A stretch of 40,000 nt of DNA from Aeromonas phage AerS_266: sequence record OR496884.1; one strand, 5' to 3'. Position 1 is the stretch's first letter, and the number at the start of each line of letters is the position of its first letter. Positions 8,076 to 16,540 of this stretch are shown one piece after another. Under the pieces are notes generated by a model. It searched no databases. It worked only from the letters and a program-made list of their open reading frames with translations, and was not told the origin of the DNA. Position numbers and translations under genes: made by a program.

Positions 8076-8382
8076 CCACTTAAGTGGTTTTCACCGATTG
8101 CGCTAATTCGGCATTCCGATAGTCTCCTACCGGTTGAGAGTACATCTTTCAGGTTCTAACAAAAGTTAGCCCGTCCCCACGTTCGGATCGCGACATGATC
8201 CACTTACTCGTTGAGCACACTTCCTATCCATTCTCACGAATGTACTTAGAAGCTTCGCTGCTGATTGACTCTATTCAATTCTTTTTAAACCACACCATAT
8301 ACCGTTTCCAGTTCCGTTTTGGTGAATTGACCTAACAAGTTCGTTCCAGCAATTAGAGGGGTTTTACTTCGGCACAGAGTCT
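8076..8382 (-). other. Group IA self-splicing intron 1 (307 nt, no endonuclease ORF)
   Basis: P1 UUCGGU|...GCCGAA; P4 UGCUG/CAGCA; Q CAAUCAGCAGCGAAG; P7 GAGUA/UACUC (R GUGCUCAACGAGUAAG, S GAAAGAUGUACUCUC); P7.1 GGAUC/GAUCC; P3 CCCC/GGGG; P8 CUAAC/GUUAG; P9 CCGGUAG-GAGA-CUAUCGG. Confidence 0.88.
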
Positions 8383-9774
8383 ACCGAATTCTTTTACAAC
8401 TGTTATTGGAATACGGATTGATTTATCTTCAACGTCCCTATTAAACTTCAAAAAGAACGTTCGAGCTGAAAGATATTGGATAGAAGGATTTCGACCAGCG
8501 ATCGCCATTGCATACTGGTTTGTCTCTATCCAATCAAAGAACTCCTCAATTACTGGATGACGGTAATTGGCAGCGCTCCGAATGATTTCTTTTGCTTTTA
8601 ATGGACTATAACCTTTTACTCGGTACAACCAGTTTGACAAATGTTTATCATAACACGTTATACCGTACAGCCAAGGCACTACAATTGTATCAGATCGACA
8701 AACACCAGATTCACCAGTAATGATAGAACGACCCGTCATAGGAAGTTTACCAGCACCAGCATGATAACGGATCATTCCTTTCTTCTTAAACACCACCGCT
8801 TCCATCACCTTATACATCACGGCTCGGAGTTTGGTAAAATGTTTACCCATTAATGTTCCGTTTTCTTCCGAACGAATGTCGTAAGCAGGAAACATATCAG
8901 CAATGGTAAAAAAGAATTTATCCAGGTCTGTCTTTTCTTTATTGATGTAACGATCACGTTGGTCGCTTTCAATAATGGTCGTTATTTTATTTGGTATTGG
9001 GAAATATTGAGAAACAGCAAGATGTTTAAACTTGTTCCAGAATCGGGAATAATGTTCCCTGGAACGCTCGTCTACATCTAGAATACCACAAAGATCTTGG
9101 TTAACAGATGCATCAATAATTAAATCGATGTTTTCAATAAATTCGTTATAACCAAATTCAAGACCTAGTGTATCTCTAAACGCTTCTATTTTACATGCTA
9201 TTTTAAACGCCGTGTTGGTAGGATCTCTAAACCGTTTTTCTTTTCTAAGATCACTGTTAATCCAATATTCCACCAGATTAACTTTTGGTGTTTTGGTATT
9301 TAAGTTATCAAAGAAAACTTTACATATAGATGGATTAAGAAACCCTGCTACTTTATCAGGTGTTTTTAGCCATACTTTTGTTTCTATTTTATCAACTAAT
9401 GGCTTAGTGACAGAGTGTCCGCAATCTTCACAAACAACATTCATATCCAAATAAATGTTGGATCGATACTTTTTACATTCGCATGATGCTACTGTATCAA
9501 AACAGTTTCCTTCATACTCCGTTCTAAGCAAGCTGATAATACGGTCTCGATCTTCTTCCTTATTAAAATCGAAATCGTTTAAATAAATAGGTGTGTTGAC
9601 AGAACAATTGTGTCTGGCATCATAGTCATCAAAATCCGGATACAAAGCTTTATAAAAACTTTGATCGTCCTTTGGAATTTTAAAACCAGTTTCTTTAATG
9701 ATTTTATTAAAGATAGCCGACGGCAACAGGTTTTCTACTTCGTAAGGTTTTAAGATTTCCGCTAAAGTAGGCAC
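8383..9774 (-). CDS. Phage multisubunit-type RNA polymerase beta'-like subunit (probably non-virion RNAP, beta' N-terminal part), exon 1
   Basis: 464 codons; paired Cys motifs (CECKKY...CEDCGH), TGRSIITGE similar to SGRSVIT, RNPSIQYLS similar to RAPTLHRLG; followed after splicing by ADFDGDQM. The tracked ORF to 8353 runs into the intron. Confidence 0.82.
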
Positions 9775-9812
9775 ATTACACTCCTGTGTTGCTAATACTC
9801 TTTACTCTCTCA

Positions 9813-9830
9813 TAATAATGATATCTAGTT
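9813..9830 (-). promoter_or_regulatory. Phage promoter-like motif (AACTAGATATCATTATTA)
   Basis: Recurrent motif about 40-50 nt upstream of the RNAP gene. Confidence 0.45.
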
Positions 9831-9857
9831 AAAAATAAAATAGAAAACATAAAAACA

Positions 9858-9885
9858 CAGAGGGTGGGTTTTACCCCACCCTCTG
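9858..9885 (-). terminator. Strong rho-independent terminator after shell-protein candidate
   Basis: CAGAGGGTGGG-(loop)-CCCACCCTCTG then TGTTTTTATG on minus strand. Confidence 0.85.
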
Positions 9886-9903
9886 CATAATTACATTTTG
9901 ATA

Positions 9904-11892
9904 TTACAGAGTAGTAAACAGACCAGACAGACCCAGAGCACTGTTCTGGTTCTGAGGAGCCAAAGTAGCAGTCATCATCATGTTCAGGATTTCGTTATCT
10001 ACCTGGTGAGTCCACTGACCGTTGTAGTTAGAAGCAGATACTGCAACAGTACCGGCAGCAACCATTGCTTGAGCCATGGTAGACGCAAAAGCATTGGATA
10101 CGATCAGACGCAGATCCCAACCTTCAATACGAGCAGTGTTGTTGGTCAGTGCTTGCAGACGGCTGATGATGTTGAACTGACGGACACGAACGTCCAGGTT
10201 ACCGGTACCTTGAATCAGAGCCATGAACTCAGCAATTGCTTGTTCGTTCTGACCGTAGTATTCCGGCTGACGCAGCCACATGGCATCGATCTCGCCCAGA
10301 TCAAACAGTTTACCATCTTTACCAAAACCAGTACCGTGCGGGCGCAGTACTTTGGTTTGGTGAACAATTGCGTCACCAACTTTCCACTGCTTGTTAACGT
10401 CACGACCGTTTTCATTACCATTCAGAGTCGCCAGTTCACTGAACTTGCCTTTGGACAGCGCGTTCATACCAGCAATCACTGCGCGGTAGTAAGGGGAAGT
10501 AACGTCTTTGCTTGCTACGCCAAACCAGAATTCAGAAATAGCACTGTTTTCCAGGTTCGGTGCAATGTCAATCACATAGACAGGGTTGGTGGAGACGTAC
10601 TTTTGGATCCAGCTGCTGACAACAGCGATGTTCATGATGTTTTTATCAGTCAGGAACTCGTTAGCAACATAGACACCTGGGAGCATAGCAGCCAGAGTGT
10701 TGTTGAACACACTCAGGTTACCACGGTATCCAACTTCTTTACCACGGTAGGCTTCTGCTAGGGTTGCTTGACCGTTTGCACACAGCGCTGCGTACAGACC
10801 CATGATAGAAGCGATCGGGCTGGCGTTATGGTTCAGGGTTTCACCAGGGAAAGAAGTCCCGATAGAAACAACTGGTACCAGCGGACCTACACCACCTTGA
10901 CCAGGACGAGCAACACGTGCTTGTTGGAATTGACCAGGAGACATCATTTCCAGCTGAACGTTCAGGTTGGTAGTGATGATGGACTTGCTGTTGTTGTTCT
11001 GGCTGTAACCACCTTGGTTTTTGTTGGTAGATGCCAGTTTAACACTCAGGTTGTACGGAGTAGGGACACCGTTATGAACATGACGGCTCATTGCTTCGAT
11101 ACGAGCCAGAGCGGCATCGTGTTCACCAAACAGTTTACCGTCTTTTGCCGGAGAAGGCAGAGTAACGTTATTCTTGACGCCCAGCAGGATACCCAGAGAC
11201 AGCAGACCCAGGTTCCAGTCATCCATCATGCGGTTAACAACGGCACGAATCAGATCACCTTCTTTGACGTCGTTTTTGATGTAACGTTCCAGGTTGATAA
11301 CGTTCTGGGACATGACATACACTTCATCCATTTTGTTGCCTTCAACAACACTGAATGCTTGCTTGACACGAGTCAGCAGATCTTTGGTCATGAAGCTGTT
11401 CGGAACTTTGGCAAACCCACGCGGAGCTTCGTTTTGCAGTTGAACAGTATCGGTTGCATCAGTAACACCGTCTTTGAAGAACAGTACCGGCATAACGAAA
11501 ACAACTTTGTTGATGACAGTATAAACAGCAACACCAGGAAGTTGCGGAGAGATCTCAGTAGACAGAGTCTGAACAGCTTTAGGCAGAGTTGCCTTTTGTG
11601 CTTCTGCCGCGGTATTCATGCGCAGAGTTTTGGTACGCTCGTCCAGTTCTTTGATAACCAGATCCAGCTCAGAGATTTGATGTTGGCTGGCGACGATGTT
11701 GTGCATACCCAGGAGAGTGGTCAGTGCATTTACGGAGGTGGACATAGTTACATTTCCTTGTTGGTTAGAAGATGAATCTTGCTGTTGGGGTTGAGATTGA
11801 AAAGGAGTATCTTGCGGTTGCTGACCAAAAGAGGTGTCAGCGCCAAGTTGATGACCAGATTGCGACTCTGGTGCGTCATCAGTATGAATCAT
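9904..11892 (-). CDS. Candidate phage nucleus shell protein (chimallin/ChmA-like); alternative is another abundant structural protein
   Basis: 662 aa, GC-richer and codon-optimised-looking, own promoter and strong terminator, about 10 genes from the phage tubulin as recalled for nucleus-forming phages; internal SD-preceded ATG near codon 50. Confidence 0.55.
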   Translation of the reverse strand: MIHTDDAPESQSGHQLGADTSFGQQPQDTPFQSQPQQQDSSSNQQGNVTMSTSVNALTTLLGMHNIVASQHQISELDLVIKELDERTKTLRMNTAAEAQKATLPKAVQTLSTEISPQLPGVAVYTVINKVVFVMPVLFFKDGVTDATDTVQLQNEAPRGFAKVPNSFMTKDLLTRVKQAFSVVEGNKMDEVYVMSQNVINLERYIKNDVKEGDLIRAVVNRMMDDWNLGLLSLGILLGVKNNVTLPSPAKDGKLFGEHDAALARIEAMSRHVHNGVPTPYNLSVKLASTNKNQGGYSQNNNSKSIITTNLNVQLEMMSPGQFQQARVARPGQGGVGPLVPVVSIGTSFPGETLNHNASPIASIMGLYAALCANGQATLAEAYRGKEVGYRGNLSVFNNTLAAMLPGVYVANEFLTDKNIMNIAVVSSWIQKYVSTNPVYVIDIAPNLENSAISEFWFGVASKDVTSPYYRAVIAGMNALSKGKFSELATLNGNENGRDVNKQWKVGDAIVHQTKVLRPHGTGFGKDGKLFDLGEIDAMWLRQPEYYGQNEQAIAEFMALIQGTGNLDVRVRQFNIISRLQALTNNTARIEGWDLRLIVSNAFASTMAQAMVAAGTVAVSASNYNGQWTHQVDNEILNMMMTATLAPQNQNSALGLSGLFTTL

Positions 11893-11960
11893 GACTTTTT
11901 ATTCCTTAGCTAAGAATAGTGATTATTGTTGAGAATAAAAGAAATTAAATATCCAACTCC

Positions 11961-11987
11961 CTTTACACTCTAGTAATATCGGTTTCA
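11961..11987 (-). promoter_or_regulatory. Phage promoter-like motif (TGAAACCGATATTACTAGAGTGTAAAG)
   Basis: Almost identical to 5894-5920; precedes the abundant-protein gene. Confidence 0.6.
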
Positions 11988-12137
11988 AAAATTATAGACT
12001 TAACTTTTTTAACCGGAATCGTTTGGATAAAATTACAATAGACGTACATCTACCGCATTCTAACTAATCCGTAGATTAGTTAGTTGTTTACATATAATAG
12101 TAAATTAGGTAGAAAAATAATTTACAAGGATTTAACA

Positions 12138-13235
12138 ATGAACCAATTTCTTTTATCTGTTGGTGGAGGAACTAAACCTAACCTTCCTTTATTTGGTAAG
12201 ATGAACAATTTACGTGCCATACATAAAAGAAATGTAGAAAGGTTTAAATCTTTTTATGGCATGGGTAATCGCGTACTACCAAATCAGCACCCACTTGTGC
12301 AGTTTCTCTTACAACTCTCCATTGATCCAAAATGGACACCAAATGAGTTGTACGATAATATTGTTATGAGCAGTAAAAAAATAGCAAGTAATGTTGGAAT
12401 CACTTCTCTTTATAATCGTGGAAAGAATCACTCCCTTTCTCTTTATCCTGAAGAAAACCATCACACGTTACTTGTCATGCCATTTGATAAAGATTTAAAT
12501 GGTAAATGGGAACCGGATAATGAAGGAACCGTAAGAACTAATACAACAGCCGCTCTAACACCTTTAATGACAACCAGTAAAACGCATTACTGGAACATTG
12601 ACCATTTGATTGATGGGGTTGTTAGGAAAGCTCCTGAAGACGTATACAGCGTTTTAGAGCTAGATCCATTTGCATTAGCGTTTGGGTTTTATTGGTATTT
12701 AAAAGAACGTATAAAAAATAACATTAATGTAGGACTAACACCTCACCATTATGTTATATTGGTTTTAATGGAAGCTTACATTGCTCATAATAATTTAACT
12801 GTTCTTAATTTGATTACTGATAATGAAAATGTTGTTGTTCAATCAAGTGGGTTTGCAATGGAGTCATATAACCATTTGCAAAATGAGCACACTGGCTGGG
12901 CTAGAACAACTTTATTATCAGAACGGATTAAGACGTCAGGTGAGTGGGTTAGCCTTTGCGGAAATTGTTTCTACGATATAGATAATCGTAAATCTGTTTT
13001 CTCTCAAAGATCTGATAGTGTCATGTTTGTTCAATTAGGTTGGGTGTATACACTTTGTTCTTTATATTGGGCAAGTTCTTATTTGTTCTTTATGGATTTC
13101 ATGGGTTCTTTTGATCCAATGGTAACAAGTAAGTTAAAAACGTTTTATAAAATTCCAATGAACTTTAATACTAACCAAATTAAAGATCCTTACTGGAATA
13201 GCTTTTATATTAACGTTTGGAAAAACTTAAATTAA
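12138..13235 (+). CDS. Uncharacterised protein; the only supported plus-strand gene
   Basis: ORF open from 12084; AAGGATTTAACA-ATG supports start at 12138 (MNQFLLSVGGG...). Confidence 0.8.
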   Translation: MNQFLLSVGGGTKPNLPLFGKMNNLRAIHKRNVERFKSFYGMGNRVLPNQHPLVQFLLQLSIDPKWTPNELYDNIVMSSKKIASNVGITSLYNRGKNHSLSLYPEENHHTLLVMPFDKDLNGKWEPDNEGTVRTNTTAALTPLMTTSKTHYWNIDHLIDGVVRKAPEDVYSVLELDPFALAFGFYWYLKERIKNNINVGLTPHHYVILVLMEAYIAHNNLTVLNLITDNENVVVQSSGFAMESYNHLQNEHTGWARTTLLSERIKTSGEWVSLCGNCFYDIDNRKSVFSQRSDSVMFVQLGWVYTLCSLYWASSYLFFMDFMGSFDPMVTSKLKTFYKIPMNFNTNQIKDPYWNSFYINVWKNLN

Positions 13236-13251
13236 CGATAACATAATAGTT

Positions 13252-13280
13252 CCCCCTGACTCCACTGTGGAGTCAGGGGG
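13252..13280. terminator. Long hairpin between convergent genes
   Basis: CCCCCTGACTCCA-ctg-TGGAGTCAGGGGG; perfect 13-bp stem, weak U tract on either side. Confidence 0.65.
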
Positions 13281-13307
13281 AGATGTAACGTTAGTTACAA
13301 AACATTG

Positions 13308-15377
13308 TTAATGCTCGTCAGAAATTAAACGAGTAATATTATCATTCATGACATAAATACCAGTAGAGTGCAAAACTTCATAAATTGATTTACAGTTTTG
13401 TTTTATGAGGGTGCGGTAATCAATGGCTTCTTTAAACTCAGTTGGGATGTCTCCAAGATTCTGAAGTATCTCACGTGGAATATAAAGGTTACTAAGTCCA
13501 TCTTTTCCTTTCTCAATTAACCAAGTTGTTAATCTCTCTTTAATCTCTGTGTCTTGTATAGATTCAAGCCAAGCTTTTAATTTAGTCTTTGAACCCATGT
13601 CCACAGACATTTTAGCAGCCACATAAGGAAGCTCTGGTGCTGGACCATATTTGTGTGCAAAACACTGTTCCCACATATCGTGATACATGTACTTTTCGCT
13701 AAACGGACTAGAGTACGCACTGGCGTTTTTAATCGTTTCTCGTGTTAGCCATGACCAAGTACCACTTTTAATTTCATTGATGATTTCACGTTCCATTTCA
13801 CCAATTTCAAAAAGTATGGTAGCGGCGTGTAGTTTTTTCTTTTGCTCAACCGCATTTACAACCGACTCCATAATCTCCTGAGCTTTACCTTTTATATTGG
13901 CAGCTATCTTAGAAGATTTTAAATGAACGCCTTTGATTTCCATTTCAGGTTCTTTGTTAGCGACGCCTTCTACCATTCGCTGTGAAGCGTAATAGTGTTT
14001 TGACATAAGTGTAGTAACATAACTACCGAAGAAATATTCGTTCTTCATGTTAAGCATTCGAAGATTACGTTTGCTTACATTCATATTTGCTGAAAGTTGA
14101 CCATGTTGATCAACAGAAATCATTCGAATAAAATACGTTAACACAGCGTTAAGTCTAACACCTTTTTCATAATCATCAGTATAGTCTTCAGTCATGGCGT
14201 CTACGGTATAAATTGACGAATCTGTATCAGATGTTAATACACAGTCTCGAACAGAATGTATAACGTCAAAAAGACCTGATGGCGGAATAGGTGATTTAAA
14301 GAATATGTTCATGAAATCAAAATACTTAGATTCCAATTCCATATGGTATTCGTTAAGTTGGTTAACTTGAATCTTTTCTGAATCGGGCGGGAGCTTGGAA
14401 ATGGTCAGTACATATTTATCACCATTATCCGGTTTTATCCCTTCCTTTCCTTCAATGACTTTTGGTACTTCAACGTACTCATCAAAAAACTGATGGATAA
14501 ACTTTTTATTAAAATTGTACAGTGATACCAAATCAAGAGTATACGCAATTGTTGCTAACTCAACTTCATTTAATGAATCTAGAAACTTTTTGATGTACTG
14601 CATTGTTGTTCTAGATTCCCAGTACCTTCTGGAACATCTTTCAACAATTTTTAACACGTCCTCAGAAGTTGGATAATAGAGTTGATATTTCTCCATTACC
14701 TTTAATACTTTATCAAAATTTGTTACACTCAATCGTGCAACGATGGACTGCATTGTATTTTCAGGTGTATTATAAAACCTGTTACCTGCAATAAACTGTT
14801 CATTAACAAGGTTAGCTGTAGATGTTAAACAACGGCAAGTGGACGTTAGTGTCGTGTGTCCTGTCTTATTATTAATCGGTGTCCCTTCTGAAGACATCGC
14901 ACCTGACTGGGCGTTGTTAAAAATCTTAAATGCGTTTTGAAGTTCATTGTATTTAATATAAAGATCTTTATTACCTTCTGCCTTTGCATCTTGGCGTTTG
15001 TCTTTATAAAACTTACGATTAGCTAGAAAATCCCTGGTACCAATAGCGTTAACACATTCCTCTTCGTCAGAATGCTTGTATGCAATCATGGAAGGAGAGA
15101 AATGATAATTCTTTTCTTGAACGTGTTTTAATACGCTTGAAAAAGGAACAACCTTTAGTTCCCTATCTTCATTTTTATTTTTAACAAGTATTTTTGCACG
15201 TTTAGATTTAAAGTCGTCTTTCTTTGCTTTAAAGAATTCAATCAATTCTTTTTTAACTTGATCAAATGGTAAATTTTGAATTTTACTGACAACAGTTGCA
15301 TATTGATCAATTGAATGTTTAATTAGATTTCTATTGGTGTCGTACTCATCAGAGACGAACGGACTTGCAGTGGACAT
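13308..15377 (-). CDS. Family-B DNA polymerase-like protein, C-terminal catalytic part
   Basis: QNAFKIFNNAQSGAMSSEG (motif B position), VLTSDTDSSIYT (motif C), KNEYFFGSYVTTLMSKHYYASQRMVEG...MEIKGVHLKSS (KKxY and KG regions); start at 15377 preceded by AGAGGGAACGTT. Confidence 0.75.
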   Translation of the reverse strand: MSTASPFVSDEYDTNRNLIKHSIDQYATVVSKIQNLPFDQVKKELIEFFKAKKDDFKSKRAKILVKNKNEDRELKVVPFSSVLKHVQEKNYHFSPSMIAYKHSDEEECVNAIGTRDFLANRKFYKDKRQDAKAEGNKDLYIKYNELQNAFKIFNNAQSGAMSSEGTPINNKTGHTTLTSTCRCLTSTANLVNEQFIAGNRFYNTPENTMQSIVARLSVTNFDKVLKVMEKYQLYYPTSEDVLKIVERCSRRYWESRTTMQYIKKFLDSLNEVELATIAYTLDLVSLYNFNKKFIHQFFDEYVEVPKVIEGKEGIKPDNGDKYVLTISKLPPDSEKIQVNQLNEYHMELESKYFDFMNIFFKSPIPPSGLFDVIHSVRDCVLTSDTDSSIYTVDAMTEDYTDDYEKGVRLNAVLTYFIRMISVDQHGQLSANMNVSKRNLRMLNMKNEYFFGSYVTTLMSKHYYASQRMVEGVANKEPEMEIKGVHLKSSKIAANIKGKAQEIMESVVNAVEQKKKLHAATILFEIGEMEREIINEIKSGTWSWLTRETIKNASAYSSPFSEKYMYHDMWEQCFAHKYGPAPELPYVAAKMSVDMGSKTKLKAWLESIQDTEIKERLTTWLIEKGKDGLSNLYIPREILQNLGDIPTEFKEAIDYRTLIKQNCKSIYEVLHSTGIYVMNDNITRLISDEH

Positions 15378-15411
15378 AACGTTCCCTCTAATAGAAAAAA
15401 AAAATAAGTAT

Positions 15412-15445
15412 CTTACTAGACCTACCAAATGGCGGGTCTAGTAAG
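15412..15445 (-). terminator. Rho-independent terminator
   Basis: CTTACTAGACC/GGTCTAGTAAG stem followed on minus strand by ATACTTATTTTTTTTTT. Confidence 0.85.
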
Positions 15446-15452
15446 AATAAAC

Positions 15453-15875
15453 TTATTGTTTATCTGTCACTTGAATAGTGAAGGAAACGTTCAAGTTAGC
15501 AAAGAAATCTTTAACTGGCGCTTCATAACGCTCTTGCCAGTCGCCGATTAAAATTGTGGCAACACGTCCCTTTGTTACTTCAAGTGTTCCTGGTTGTATC
15601 CAAGGTTCTCCAATAACAAGTACTTGGTTAGTATTTGCATCGGGTTTAATGATCAGGTAATCATAAATAGTTGGATCATTAATGTTATTGACATTTTCTT
15701 TAAACTTGGGATAAAAGTTTTGATGTTTAACGTTCAGTTCTGGATCAATGATACTGGCGGTTTCATAACCCACTACACCTTGAACGAGTACACTTTTATA
15801 CTGGGATCCGAAAATCCCAGGTGCAATCATATCAAAGTTTACCATGTCACCTTTTCGTAATTCATTAATTTTCAT
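15453..15875 (-). CDS. Uncharacterised phage protein
   Basis: 140-aa ORF followed by terminator. Confidence 0.75.
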   Translation of the reverse strand: MKINELRKGDMVNFDMIAPGIFGSQYKSVLVQGVVGYETASIIDPELNVKHQNFYPKFKENVNNINDPTIYDYLIIKPDANTNQVLVIGEPWIQPGTLEVTKGRVATILIGDWQERYEAPVKDFFANLNVSFTIQVTDKQ

Positions 15876-16540
15876 ATCGTCGGTCTCACTATTGCAACAA
15901 GTGTTGGGAACCTAATCAAATTATCCCCATACTTAACAGTTGGACCTTTGTCGTTTACAACTAACAACTCCCAAACAAGGTTAGGATCATTTTCTTCAAT
16001 ATAAAGCATTTCTCTAATTTGTTTTTCAATTAGAATATCTGCTTCATCTTTTACTTCTAAATTCTCATCCCCACCAACCATCTCCATGATTTCAAAATCG
16101 ATATCACTCATCAGACTTTCTATTTCACTGGGTGAAATCATGATTGTGATAGTATCAATTTCTTCTTCATCCAGATATGTACCATAAAAATCTTTTACAA
16201 TTTTTAAAGCATAGTACATAGGGTCGGTTTTAGTAAAGGTACTTGATAACCTTTTGGTAAAATCTTCTAATATTTCTACAGCATCTGGACTATCAAGACC
16301 ATTTTTAATTAATGACAGTGCATCAATTAAATTATTGATCATGGTCTTATACTTACATGGAACTTCTATCTTTTTGAACTTCCCAACACGACCTAACTTT
16401 CTAAACACTTCCGCCAAAATGTTTGTTGTTACTACCGTGTCTTCTAATTGCTTTTCTTTTATAATCGTTTCCAATAACTCTTCATATTTAAAATTATCCA
16501 AGTGTATCCACATATTTTTGTCGCCGTTATGAACATTCAA
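15872..16540 (-). CDS. Uncharacterised acidic phage protein
   Basis: 222-aa ORF overlapping next gene by 4 nt. Confidence 0.7.
   Translation of the reverse strand: MNVHNGDKNMWIHLDNFKYEELLETIIKEKQLEDTVVTTNILAEVFRKLGRVGKFKKIEVPCKYKTMINNLIDALSLIKNGLDSPDAVEILEDFTKRLSSTFTKTDPMYYALKIVKDFYGTYLDEEEIDTITIMISPSEIESLMSDIDFEIMEMVGGDENLEVKDEADILIEKQIREMLYIEENDPNLVWELLVVNDKGPTVKYGDNLIRFPTLVAIVRPTI

Noticed and set aside
8353-8382. Tracked C-terminus RLCAEVKPL of the RNAP ORF
   Set aside because: It is translation into intron 1; those bases carry the P1 guide sequence
7677-8382. Pseudogene or frameshift explanation for the broken RNAP gene
   Set aside because: Conserved group I core helices, guide pairings and precise restoration of ADFDGDQM favour splicing over decay
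7677-8382. Single twin-ribozyme intron (nested ribozyme) explanation
   Set aside because: Possible in principle, but the ADFDG-coding micro-exon lies exactly between the cores and each core has its own P1 and exon junction, so two introns fit better
10768-11775. 335-aa plus-strand ORF antisense to the shell-protein candidate
   Set aside because: Compositional shadow of the GC-richer gene; Thr/Arg/His-rich low-plausibility protein, no convincing SD. The minus-strand antisense-frame ORFs 9898-10761 and 10215-10421 were rejected on similar grounds
9904-11892. Firm ChmA annotation
   Set aside because: Supported by expression signals, size and distance from the tubulin gene only; without alignment a capsid or sheath identity cannot be excluded, so the symbol was left blank
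16254-16532. Plus-strand ORFs scattered across the window (e.g. 69, 399, 1497, 3058, 4401, 5212, 7023, 8641, 9212, 13687, 15594, 16254, 16648, 18333, 20545, 25012, 29100, 32378, 35903)
   Set aside because: All largely antisense to stronger minus-strand genes, Phe/Ile-rich, no coherent operon structure
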